From Bacteroidota bacterium (GTDB lineage Bacteria > Bacteroidota > Bacteroidia > JAIBAJ01): a stretch of DNA of 64,000 nt. The stretch is taken from assembly GCA_947475205.1 (NCBI GenBank), contig CANJNG010000003.1, forward strand, positions 5,726 to 69,725, given 5' to 3'. Of the stretch, positions 28,400 to 37,723 are shown in pieces; the stretch's first letter is position 1, and each line of letters opens with the position of its first letter. The notes below the pieces were generated by a model. That model was not told the DNA's origin, searched no databases, and saw only the letters and a program-made list of their open reading frames with translations. The translations under genes were made by a program, and so were the position numbers.

Positions 28400-29194
28400 C
28401 TATTCGGTAATAGTAACGTAGCCACTATTTATCCAAACAAATTCTTTGTTGAATATCGAAATTTTGTAGTCGCCGGGTTTGCGGAAAGAATAATGAAACA
28501 CAGCGGTGGACTTCGTTTTATCGGTTTTAAATTCTTTGGTGTCAAAATGTTCGTTAAACGATTGGTCATCGTTCTTCTTTTTCCAAACATCCACCATAAG
28601 CTTATCTGTACTTAAAGGTTTGTCAGAAGTGAGGATAATTTCCACATACTTCCCTTTTCCTTCTATTTTGAAACTTGTGCCTTCGTTTTGTGCCCTTCCT
28701 TCTTTAAATGCTTCGCAAAAAATGATCTTACTTAAACTAAACCGTTTGGTTTCGGCGGCATTCGCCATTTTATACGTGTCATCGGTTTTGCTATTCTCTT
28801 CCTTGCCTCGCAAAAACACATCCGTCGTGGCTAAGATATTGCCTTTGTCATCTCTTGCTGAAACAACATATTTGCCAATTTCAGGCAAATTGTAATAATC
28901 GGCCACCCAATTTTTGTTAGAACCCACATTGAAGATGAGTTTGGTAAGGCTATCGGCGGCATTCTTAATTTCTACATAAATTTTATGCGAATTAATTGTT
29001 TGTCGACCATTGTTAAAGATAATTGCTATTCGACTTTCAGCACTATCGGCATACCAAATATTGCGTTTGTTAAGTCCTTCACCTGTTTCAGTAAAAGATT
29101 TAGCAAACACAATAGTTTGGGCTGTTGAATGGAAACTTGCACCCACATAAAGCAGGAGAAAAAACAGAAAAGAGGTTTTAATGAATTTAGTCAA
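28400..29194 (-). CDS. Secreted hypothetical protein with two similar beta-rich halves
   Basis: 264-aa ORF with signal peptide; the halves begin 'IVFAKSFTETGEG' and 'IIFCEAFKEGRA'. Confidence 0.65.
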   Translation of the reverse strand: MTKFIKTSFLFFLLLYVGASFHSTAQTIVFAKSFTETGEGLNKRNIWYADSAESRIAIIFNNGRQTINSHKIYVEIKNAADSLTKLIFNVGSNKNWVADYYNLPEIGKYVVSARDDKGNILATTDVFLRGKEENSKTDDTYKMANAAETKRFSLSKIIFCEAFKEGRAQNEGTSFKIEGKGKYVEIILTSDKPLSTDKLMVDVWKKKNDDQSFNEHFDTKEFKTDKTKSTAVFHYSFRKPGDYKISIFNKEFVWINSGYVTITE

Positions 29195-29223
29195 TTTTCT
29201 CCGTGTAATTTATGCATTTAGAG

Positions 29224-29306
29224 TGCCCAGGACGAGATTCGAACTCGTACAACCGTAGGTCGCCACCCCCTCAAGATGGTGCGTCTACCAATTTCGCCAC
29301 CTGGGC
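29224..29306 (-). tRNA. tRNA-Leu (anticodon GAG)
   Basis: Minus strand GCCCAGG...CCATC-TTGAGGG-GGTGG, long variable arm, GTTCGAATC, CCTGGGC-A; CCA not encoded. Confidence 0.95.
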
Positions 29307-29425
29307 TTTAAAAGCGTGCAAAAATAGGATAATTTCGTTTAGATTTACTTGGGATGAAAGGAAAGGTCGATTAATTTAGAATAGACGGAATTCAAGGCAA
29401 ATAGCGATGCTTCACCAACAAGCAC

Positions 29426-29457
29426 AAAAAAAGCGAAACATTTCTGCTTCGCTTTTT
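29426..29457 (-). terminator. Intrinsic terminator after the 29482-29901 gene
   Basis: AAAAAAAGCGAA-10 nt-TTCGCTTTTT. Confidence 0.6.
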
Positions 29458-29481
29458 CTATTGTCTGAATATTCTATTGTT

Positions 29482-29901
29482 CTACTTAAACCCAATCAAC
29501 ATCACTGCACAGCCCGAAGCCTGATTAGTGGTAAAGAGTTGGGCCTCGATAGTAGTAGATAGCGTTGAAGCAAATTTCAAATCCCAGTAGGGAGCGTTCT
29601 TTTGGTCAGCATTGGTGAACAACAGGTTCTTTTCTTGGTCAAACACCGAGAAAACCAAATTGCCATCGGTAAACCCGCTGCAACCGGAGATACGGTAAGT
29701 GCTTCCACCATAAAATACAGTTTTGAATTCTGCAATTTCCTGATTATTTAAAAGAGCACGATAGCTTTGACCATCAGAAATATAGTTTTTAGCAATGTTC
29801 TTATTGCAAATATTAGCAATGCTATCACATTGAGCAAAAGCGTTCTGATTCACTAAACCAAAACCAATAGCTAATACGAAAATTGAAAGTAATTTCTTCA
29901 T
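29482..29901 (-). CDS. Secreted hypothetical protein
   Basis: 139 aa with signal peptide and four Cys; co-oriented with the upstream lipoprotein gene. Confidence 0.75.
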   Translation of the reverse strand: MKKLLSIFVLAIGFGLVNQNAFAQCDSIANICNKNIAKNYISDGQSYRALLNNQEIAEFKTVFYGGSTYRISGCSGFTDGNLVFSVFDQEKNLLFTNADQKNAPYWDLKFASTLSTTIEAQLFTTNQASGCAVMLIGFK

Positions 29902-29920
29902 TTTATTTTATCTTAATTAA

Positions 29921-30874
29921 TTAACCTACAATAGAGTTTCTGATTTTTTCTATCTTTTTAGTTATGGTTTCTAATTGTTCTTTGGTCATTACCACTTTAG
30001 TAGAACTGCTTATCGATGTAGTTTTAGTTGCTACATCGGTAACTGGTTTCACATATTTATATTCAATATCAATTGCATCGAAATCGTAAGCCAAATCAAT
30101 AAGGTCATTAATAAGGTCGGTATATTCAGGTTGTTTGTAATAAGGTTGAAGCAATTTAATCAAGTTATCCAAGGTGTATTTTTGCTCACCGATACGGTTT
30201 TTCAATTCCTGATTTTCTTTTGTGCCTAACACTTTTGTGCTGAAATATAAAGTTTCAATCCAGCCACCGGTTAATACCAATGCTCCAACATCCAAACGGT
30301 CATTATTCTTCAAAAAAGCATCGGATGAGCGATACCCAACAGCAACCATACTTAACATAGAGTCGCGTTTGCCTAAATTTTGCTCGAAACGCTTCATTGT
30401 GTTTGCGTCAAAGGCATTATTTATTCCCAACTCTTCGGTTAGTTTGCGAATGGAACCGATATAGCCCAAAGCATCCTGAGTTTGGTCATACATGGTTACA
30501 TAGCCCACATCGGCACCATAAACCCCAAGGTTAATTGCTTTTTTGTAGTTGGTGGAATATTTAGAAAAGTTCTTAGCCGAATTGAGCATTTCTTTATTGT
30601 AAGCTGCTCCGGTTGACTTGATTAACATCGCCGTTTGAAACGGTGAAGGAATGCTAAAATTAGCATTTCCAAGTTTTATTATGTTGGGTGTTGTAGCTGA
30701 ATCGGCATTGTTTTCTCCGTCTTTAGATTTAGAGCCGCCGCATCCAGATAGTAAAATACTTACGCTAAAAGCACATCCGACAAAGGTTTTTAGGGCTAAG
30801 GTTTTAATGTTCATTTGCTTTGAAAAAGGTTTGCAAGGATAGTAAAAATTTGTGTCGGCAAATAAAATGCTCAA
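29921..30874 (-). CDS. Hypothetical lipoprotein, predicted helical
   Basis: Lipobox 'LLSGC'; motifs 'AINLGVYGAD', 'GGWIETLY', 'RIGEQK'. True start is probably the ATG of 'MNIKTL'. Confidence 0.8.
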   Translation of the reverse strand: MSILFADTNFYYPCKPFSKQMNIKTLALKTFVGCAFSVSILLSGCGGSKSKDGENNADSATTPNIIKLGNANFSIPSPFQTAMLIKSTGAAYNKEMLNSAKNFSKYSTNYKKAINLGVYGADVGYVTMYDQTQDALGYIGSIRKLTEELGINNAFDANTMKRFEQNLGKRDSMLSMVAVGYRSSDAFLKNNDRLDVGALVLTGGWIETLYFSTKVLGTKENQELKNRIGEQKYTLDNLIKLLQPYYKQPEYTDLINDLIDLAYDFDAIDIEYKYVKPVTDVATKTTSISSSTKVVMTKEQLETITKKIEKIRNSIVG

Positions 30875-30910
30875 TTATTGTGAAAAAAGTTCAGTTGTGA
30901 AGCCATTGTG

Positions 30911-32098
30911 CTACGGCAGTATCGGATACGTTTTTACCGCTGTTAGCTGTCCCAGGGAGTCGGGAAACCAATATTGTGCTTTGTGAATAAGCGAAATGCG
31001 AAACAACTTTGCTTTAGTCGCATTCTTTAACAACACGGAATATTTTATTTCCGAACCATCGAGAGGGACATCATTGCCATATTCTCCCAAATGGGTATTG
31101 TTTTCCATATTGGAATACATTTCGGCATCAAATTCTTTTTTCTTGTTTATGCGGATGGTTTTATGGCCAAGCAAATTAGAATCCTTATCCAATACATCAC
31201 AATTCAAAATCATTTCTGGGCCGGGACTTATGCGGTGAGGTATTGAGGTGTTATTCCAGGTAATTTCCCCGCCTTTGCCCGATAGTTTGAAACGAAAGTC
31301 ATCCATGAGCCAATACATTTTGCTATTTACCTTTTCTTTAGGGTCATGGCTCCAATAATAATAGTGTGTGCCTTTTCCAGAGCTATATTCCTGATGGCAG
31401 TTTACGCATAACACAGAGCCGGTTCGGGCAATGGCTATTTTAGGTTTAATTTGTTTTACCACATCGGCATGACAGGTGAAGCACGAAATATTATTCTTGG
31501 TAATGGTAGTAAGCGTTTGCAATGCCGGAATAGAATCATCTTTAGAGGATACATGCTTGAGCGAAACCATACCTTTTCCATCATAATGACAGCTAAAGCA
31601 ATCAATACTTGTTACTCGGGAACCTTCCCCAGTTCGGGACTCCGGCCGAGGATGCGAAATTTGCAAAAGCCCGGCAATAAACTTATCGGGGTTGTTTAAT
31701 GTGTCTTTCAGACTGGTTTCAAACAAATTCTTCGGTGCATGGCAGCCCATACAATCATTAAAAGACCGATTAACACTTCGGGTATAAAACCCACAGGAAT
31801 ATTTGTCGCTATTTACAAAATCACGATGAGCCACTAACTGCTGATAGGCATTTCCGTGAGGCCCCTTGCTTTCGTTCTCCACCTGTTCTTTGTGGCACGA
31901 TGCACACTTGGTTATTTGTTCTTTGCGGTTAAGGGTTTTAAATTCTTCGCTTTGCAGAAAATCGTGGTAAGGCGTATTTGATTTATTGTAATTGCAACAG
32001 TTCAGCATAATGGCTACCACAGTAACCATAAATACAGCCAGAAGAATTCTGTGAGTAGTGAGCATAAATACCCTTCCTTTATAAAGGAGAGAAGGCAC
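30911..32098 (-). CDS. Multiheme (5 x CxxCH) c-type cytochrome, probable lipoprotein
   Basis: CASCH, CMGCH, CFSCH, CFTCH, CVNCH; hydrophobic signal ending 'LNCC'. Start may be ATG 32065. Confidence 0.85.
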   Translation of the reverse strand: MPSLLYKGRVFMLTTHRILLAVFMVTVVAIMLNCCNYNKSNTPYHDFLQSEEFKTLNRKEQITKCASCHKEQVENESKGPHGNAYQQLVAHRDFVNSDKYSCGFYTRSVNRSFNDCMGCHAPKNLFETSLKDTLNNPDKFIAGLLQISHPRPESRTGEGSRVTSIDCFSCHYDGKGMVSLKHVSSKDDSIPALQTLTTITKNNISCFTCHADVVKQIKPKIAIARTGSVLCVNCHQEYSSGKGTHYYYWSHDPKEKVNSKMYWLMDDFRFKLSGKGGEITWNNTSIPHRISPGPEMILNCDVLDKDSNLLGHKTIRINKKKEFDAEMYSNMENNTHLGEYGNDVPLDGSEIKYSVLLKNATKAKLFRISLIHKAQYWFPDSLGQLTAVKTYPILP

Positions 32099-32238
32099 AA
32101 AACTACCAAATAATACCGTTTGCTATTAAACCAGGCGTAAGCACACACTTGGCAAATAGAAAAGAGTGGGAATAATTACTCTCCTGAACAAAAAACGGTT
32201 AATGCCTTTGCCTCGCCGTTCACCTTGTTAAAATATCG

Positions 32239-33350
32239 CTAATCTTTTAAGCACCTCACTGCATTTCCATGTATCTTACTTGAAGTGCTATACTTAGATG
32301 CCATATGAATTACAGGATTAGGAAAATTAGGGAACAAGTCAATATTAATTGTTTTAGCTAAAAATTAATCGGCCCGGTTGTTGAACTCCACCATTCAGCA
32401 CCTGTCCCAAAAACAACGCCGCCTAAACCGGAGCCAACAGCAGTAAAGCCACTTAAATTTGTTGCTGTTGCATTATATCCAGCTACCCAATGTGCTGAAC
32501 CTATTTCTGTCATCATATCGCCACTAATAGTATCATATTGAGGTTGATTTGGATTTAGATAGGTACGCAATGTTCCCCATTCTGTTATAGAAGGCAGATG
32601 CCAACCTGCTGGGCATGCATTACGGGAATCAGTAACAGTGTACCAAGAATAATATTTTCCATAGGGAACATCCAATGCAGATGAATCTCTGTACCAACAC
32701 CATTGACTTGTTGTTGTATCTGCAATGTTACTTGACCATTCACCAGAAAAATATGTAAGATTGTTTATTGGATCCCCATTCGCAAACCGTGTCGTTCTCA
32801 AATTCTGCTGCATCCATTCCTGTGTGCCCAATATAATAGAGGTATAAGTGTTGCCGTCAATATCGGTTACTCCGTTACCCATGGTATAGATGTCTCCCGT
32901 AGTAAAGCTTACTTCGTTGCCGTAGGCTGTGCCTGCACTGTTTATGGCTTAGGCCCTAACGTAATAGGTAGTGTTTGCACTCAAGCCTGTTAGGGTGCTG
33001 GTGTAGCTTCCTGTGCCGGTGCCTGTACCGTTTAGGGTGGTGTCGTTAGCAGTTGTTGGGCTGGTGGTGGTTGCCCAGCATACGCCACGGTGGCTTATGG
33101 TGCTGCCGCCATCGGCGGTTATATTGCCTCCGCTTAATGCACTGGGGCCGCTTATGCCCGTTACGCCGGTTGTGGTAATGGTGGCTAAGGTGCCCGGGGT
33201 CATAATCTCGTATGTTATGCTATCAATAGTAGAGATATCTATTTGCAGAACCTGTCCATTGCTCTGGTAGATGTTCATATAGGTTTGAGCTTTGGAATTG
33301 ACAATTGATAATTGACAAATGATAATTAAGAGGAGGATGAACTTGTTCAT
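32239..33350 (-). pseudogene. FN3-like + FISUMP (Fib_succ_major) secreted protein, interrupted by an in-frame TAA and a 1-nt frameshift
   Basis: 'YYVRA*AINSAGTAYG' (TAA at 32949-51) continues in frame into 'TDIDGNTY..IILGTQEWMQQNLRTT' and 'CPAGWHLPS'. Adding one base to the A5 run at 32360-64 restores '...GNAVRCLKD*', ending at 32239 (371 codons). Confidence 0.85.
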
Positions 33351-33684
33351 TGGTATTAGTTTTGAAATCCAAAGATATAGATTGTAGTTGTCTGCTTAAC
33401 TTTTTTAAGTAAATGCACTTATGAAGAAGAAAAAATATTGTGGGCTAAACCGAATAGCTTTAACACAAAATTCCTTCACAATTTATTAACAGAGAATATT
33501 GTCACCATCGCAAATAAACGCTGAAAGGGAGCCATTCCTGCAAAGGATATTGCTTCGCAACTACCCATTCAACGAAGTTATGTACATTATAAAGGAACAG
33601 CTACCACACATAGGCTTTCACTTCTGTTTATTGTTGCCTACAATTATCCTTTTAAAATTTCTGCTCTATACTCCCTTCCAATTT

Positions 33685-33930
33685 CAACCAATATAGCTTC
33701 GATATTGGTTATGTTTTCTCCATATCAACCAATATAGCTTCAATATTGGTTAGTTTTTCCCAATATCAACCAATATAGCTTCGATATTGGTTAGTTTTTT
33801 CCTATATCAACCAATATAGCTTCAATATTGGTTAGTTTTTTTCCATATCAACCAATATAGCATCAATATTGGTTAGTTTTTTTCAATCTTAACCAAGATA
33901 GCATCAATCTTGGTTAGTTTGAGTTTCAAC
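33685..33930. repeat. Tandem array of 6 x 41-bp units, each with a 9-bp inverted repeat around a 7-nt loop and a T-rich linker
   Basis: Units start at 33685, 33726, 33767, 33808, 33849 and 33890. Core AACCAATAT-agc(t/a)tc(a/g)-ATATTGGTT; unit 6 is AACCAAGAT/ATCTTGGTT. Confidence 0.95.
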
Positions 33931-34116
33931 TGTTGCTTTAATCGGTTATCGGGCATGTTAAAATCCTTTTTGGTTTGATATTCAGTGATATATTCATTTT
34001 ATTGAAAAATAATTTACATTTCACACAATAAAAAACACAACGGTGCGTTATCTCTACAAGATATTCGGAGCACACGCATCCGGAATCGTTTTATTAACAA
34101 TTTAATTTTTTACAAA

Positions 34117-34734
34117 ATGAAAAAAGTAAAATTAGGGCTAAGTAATCTTAGCTCATTGCAACTGGCCGCAAAAGCCCAGCACCTTGTAACAATGCTTACA
34201 GGCAATGCAAATTTTGTAACTCCAAACCCCACCTTAGTTTTTATCTTGGGGCTTATGAACGCACTATTACTTGCCGTGGAGGATGCTTCCAATGGCGATA
34301 AAGTGAAAAAAGCTGCCGAACGCACTGCATACACCAACCTTAAAAACGCAATTGTGCTTTTGGGTGGCTATGTGCAAGAGGCGAGCGGTGGCGATGAAAC
34401 CAAAATCCTGAGTTCGGGATTTGAGGTAGTAGGTCAAAGGCATCCGCAGAGTGTATTGACTGCAGTTGAAAACGTGCATTCGATTGCTACCAACATCGAG
34501 CATCAAGTTATTTTGAAATGGAATAATTTGAAAGGGGCTAGTGCATACCTTATCTCGTTTGCCGAAAACCCCGATGGTGATTGGATAATTGTTACTGCAT
34601 GCACTAAGGCCGCAATTACGCATTCGCTTAATGGCCTTCCCATTGGCACAACAAAAGTGTGGGTAAAGGTGGCCGGGGTAAACGCTGCCGGAGTGGGGGC
34701 ATATTCTGCTGCTATTAGCGTTAGGGTGCTGTAA
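34117..34734 (+). CDS. Uncharacterised cytoplasmic protein: helical N-domain plus C-terminal fibronectin type III domain
   Basis: 205 aa, no signal peptide; FN3 pattern 'VILKW..LKGASAYLI...W...SLNGL...VWVKVAGVNAAGVGAYS'. Confidence 0.85.
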   Translation: MKKVKLGLSNLSSLQLAAKAQHLVTMLTGNANFVTPNPTLVFILGLMNALLLAVEDASNGDKVKKAAERTAYTNLKNAIVLLGGYVQEASGGDETKILSSGFEVVGQRHPQSVLTAVENVHSIATNIEHQVILKWNNLKGASAYLISFAENPDGDWIIVTACTKAAITHSLNGLPIGTTKVWVKVAGVNAAGVGAYSAAISVRVL

Positions 34735-34754
34735 TTGGCCTTGTCCTTTTTGAG

Positions 34755-34790
34755 AAACCGACCTTAGCGTGTGAAAGGGTCGGTTTTTTT
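34755..34790 (+). terminator. Intrinsic terminator of the FN3 gene
   Basis: AAACCGACC...GGTCGGTTT followed by a T run. Confidence 0.8.
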
Positions 34791-34874
34791 GTGAGCAATT
34801 TGCAATGGATTATTGATACGGTGATGACTTATACAACCAAATAGCTTTCCTTTGTAAATCTTAGCATTTACAAC

Positions 34875-36308
34875 GTGTCGCCCCGTTCGCAGCATTTTCT
34901 TACCTTACTTTTAAAGAACTTCTCACACCAGCCGCTTCCCGGGCAGTTGGAGTTTATGAAGCACTTTTCGGAATTTATGGCCGATGGGACTTCGATGGAA
35001 GTTTTCATTCTGAAAGGATATGCCGGAACCGGAAAAACATCACTGGTGAAAAGCATCATTAAGTCTTTACCCGCTTTAAAGTTTAAAAGTCTGCTGCTTG
35101 CCCCTACAGGCCGGGCAGCAAAGGTCTTGGGCAGCTATTCAGATAAGCGAGCATTTACCATCCATTCTAAAATCTACAAAATGTCCACAAATGCTTTTGG
35201 TGGCATTTTCTTTTCTCCGGCGGCCAATACCCAAACCGACACACTTTTTATAGTGGACGAAGCCAGTATGATTCACGGCGAAGATAGGGAAATGAAAACC
35301 GGAGGAATGGAAGCTACCGATGTTTTGGCCGATTTGCTCGAACATGTTTTTTCGGGCGAAAATTGCAAACTGCTCATCATTGGCGACACAGCTCAATTGC
35401 CGCCTGTGGGGTTAAATTTAAGCCCGGCTTTAGATGCGGACTTTCTTCAGCAAGCCTATCATTTAAATAAGATTTCAGTAACCGAACTAACCGAAGTGGC
35501 CCGCCAAAGCAGTGGAAGTAATATTTTAGCACAAGCCACCCGCATACGGCAATTTATAAGTGATGATTCGCTTGCCGAGGAACTTAAAATTTTGGCTAAA
35601 GATGATGTGGAGAACCTCGACAATGAAACGTTTTTAGACAATCTTAACTCCAGTTACGGCAAGCAGGGCTTCGACGAAAGTGTAATTATTACCCGAAGCA
35701 ACAAGCGAGCGAACCAATACAATATTGGAATCAGGGCAAGGGTGCTGTATCGGGAAGATGAAATTGGAGCCGGAGATATTTTGATGGTGGTGCGAAACAA
35801 TTATTTTTGGCTTCCGCCCGAATCGAAAGCCGGATTTATAGCCAACGGCGATTTTGTGGAGGTGCAACGAATCAAGAATTTCAGAGAGATGCACGGCCAC
35901 CGCTTTGCCGATGCCACGCTGCGAATGCTGGACTACCCCGATGATTCCCCTGTTGAATGCACATTACTGCTCGATGTGCTTGCTTTGGAATCGGCTAACT
36001 TGGGCTGGACAGAAAGTAAAGCTCTTTATGAATCGGTGTCGCAGGATTATATGGAGATTCTAGATAAACGCAAACGGGCTTTAGCCATTCGGCAAGATAA
36101 ATACCTGAATGCCTTGCAGGTGAAGTTTGGGTACGCCATTACTTGCCACAAAGCTCAAGGCGGACAATGGAATCACGTTTACCTCGACCACGGTTGGTTA
36201 GGCGAAAACTTCCTAACCAAAGAGTTTTATCGCTGGCTTTATACTGGCGTTACCCGTGCGAAGCAGAAATTATACTTGGTGAATTTCGCAAAGGCATTGG
36301 TGGAGTAG
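34875..36308 (+). CDS. RecD-like superfamily 1 ATP-dependent helicase
   Basis: Walker A 'GYAGTGKT', 'LAPTGRAAK', 'IVDEASMI', 'GDTAQLPPVG', 'YAITCHKAQG', 'YTGVTRA'. Confidence 0.9.
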   Translation: MSPRSQHFLTLLLKNFSHQPLPGQLEFMKHFSEFMADGTSMEVFILKGYAGTGKTSLVKSIIKSLPALKFKSLLLAPTGRAAKVLGSYSDKRAFTIHSKIYKMSTNAFGGIFFSPAANTQTDTLFIVDEASMIHGEDREMKTGGMEATDVLADLLEHVFSGENCKLLIIGDTAQLPPVGLNLSPALDADFLQQAYHLNKISVTELTEVARQSSGSNILAQATRIRQFISDDSLAEELKILAKDDVENLDNETFLDNLNSSYGKQGFDESVIITRSNKRANQYNIGIRARVLYREDEIGAGDILMVVRNNYFWLPPESKAGFIANGDFVEVQRIKNFREMHGHRFADATLRMLDYPDDSPVECTLLLDVLALESANLGWTESKALYESVSQDYMEILDKRKRALAIRQDKYLNALQVKFGYAITCHKAQGGQWNHVYLDHGWLGENFLTKEFYRWLYTGVTRAKQKLYLVNFAKALVE

Positions 36309-36333
36309 TGTTTCGGGATTTATCAAGAAAGGG

Positions 36334-37593
36334 CTACTGACTTCTTGCTTTTTTAAGCACAATATTATAGAATGCCAAAAAGAAATACTTTATATCGGTA
36401 AGGATTGGACTCTTTTCGTAAGCTTTTAAATACCGAGTTTCAGAATCCATAATTTCATCCAAAGTTTTAGGCATATCTGCATAAAATGGTGGCACCAAAC
36501 CGGGTTTGTGTTTAAGCCTTAGATCGCGTAACTCTTGACTGTATAAACTCAAGTAATGTTGGCTAAGCGGACGAACACCAATTAATTTTAAGTCGCCATT
36601 CAGCAAATTGGCGAGCATAGGCAATTCGTCAATCCAAACCCGTCTGAAAATCTTTCCGGCTGTGGTAACCCTGAAATCATCTCCCATTTTACCACCTTCT
36701 GCCAAATCGTTCCGTTCATAAACAAACTTTTGCAAGTATTCTGAATAGGGATACATGGTGCGAAGTTTGTAAACGTAAATAATCTTACCGCCCTTACCAA
36801 TCCTTTTCATTTTAAACACCGGCCCATACGATGGATTTGCGGGATAGTGAGGCTCGCTCACTTTTTTCATCACAAAATAATAAAGCCCTTCGATATAGGC
36901 TTCATCCACAAAATCGAAGCCGCAGGAATGAAGCCGTCCTAAAACTTCGGTGCGGCTAATAGCTCGGTTTTGGCCTTTTGTAAGATAGAAATAAATTTTG
37001 CGGGTAGGGTTGCTAATTTTCGGAAAAACCCGTTTTACAATATAATCTAAGCCCAGATAAGCATAATTTATTCCGGCGGGGAAACGCTTTAAAATGCGTT
37101 GTTTCCTTAGCATTCGGGTTTCTGCACAACCAATAAATGTATCGCCATCGTTCAGCTTACTATTTACTGCCTCAAAAAACTTATTGATGTACTTAATGTC
37201 GTTTATCCTGTGAAAGTTTACCAAAGAGGTAAATACACCATCGGGTTGATTAATTACATTGAAACGGGTGGTTGTACTAATTATACAAGTGGAAGTGGAG
37301 GCAGTATCAATAAATTTATTGATATATTCATAAACTTCCTCGCTTGACTCTTCTATAATCTGCTTTCTCGAAACGCTCATTTTGTTTTTGCTTCGATTAT
37401 TCTTTCCTAAATTGAATTGCGAAGGTATATCTAAAGCTGCCTCGCTTTGAGAAATCGACCTATCCACAATTTCGTATTTCTTACCAATATTGTCAAAGTA
37501 TAGCATATTGTTCTGCTTTCCAAACAACAGCTTTAAAATAAAGCCGGGTAAAGGTAAATTTTTATACCTGAGCGAAGGGGTATTTGTACTCAT
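36334..37593 (-). CDS. Bacterial sugar transferase (initiating phosphoglycosyltransferase) with long N-terminal extension
   Basis: C-terminal 'YKLRTM', 'DDFRVTTAGKIFRRVWIDELP', 'LIGVRPL', 'KPGL'. Confidence 0.88.
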   Translation of the reverse strand: MSTNTPSLRYKNLPLPGFILKLLFGKQNNMLYFDNIGKKYEIVDRSISQSEAALDIPSQFNLGKNNRSKNKMSVSRKQIIEESSEEVYEYINKFIDTASTSTCIISTTTRFNVINQPDGVFTSLVNFHRINDIKYINKFFEAVNSKLNDGDTFIGCAETRMLRKQRILKRFPAGINYAYLGLDYIVKRVFPKISNPTRKIYFYLTKGQNRAISRTEVLGRLHSCGFDFVDEAYIEGLYYFVMKKVSEPHYPANPSYGPVFKMKRIGKGGKIIYVYKLRTMYPYSEYLQKFVYERNDLAEGGKMGDDFRVTTAGKIFRRVWIDELPMLANLLNGDLKLIGVRPLSQHYLSLYSQELRDLRLKHKPGLVPPFYADMPKTLDEIMDSETRYLKAYEKSPILTDIKYFFLAFYNIVLKKARSQ

Positions 37594-37723
37594 TTCAATA
37601 GGAATTTCGATGTTTAACCGATTTTCGTCCTAATTGAACAACGCTTTTTTAAAACGAGAACCGATTTAAAATATAATGATGCACGAAATGCCCAAAAGGT
37701 TGCATCCAAAAAAAAATATTTTT

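Noticed and set aside
32239-33350. Diversity-generating retroelement target, or stop-codon recoding
   Set aside because: There is no RT or template repeat in the window. TAY to TAA is not an A-to-N change. TAA terminates many normal genes here.
33685-33930. CRISPR array
   Set aside because: The linkers are 15-nt near-copies of each other rather than unique spacers of about 30 nt, and no cas gene is in the window.
33685-34734. Classical type III toxin-antitoxin or TIGR-Tas locus
   Set aside because: The downstream protein looks like helical + FN3, not ToxN/AbiQ/CptN/TenpN or a Nop-domain protein. I see no box C/D motifs and no terminator between array and gene. Kept only as an analogy.
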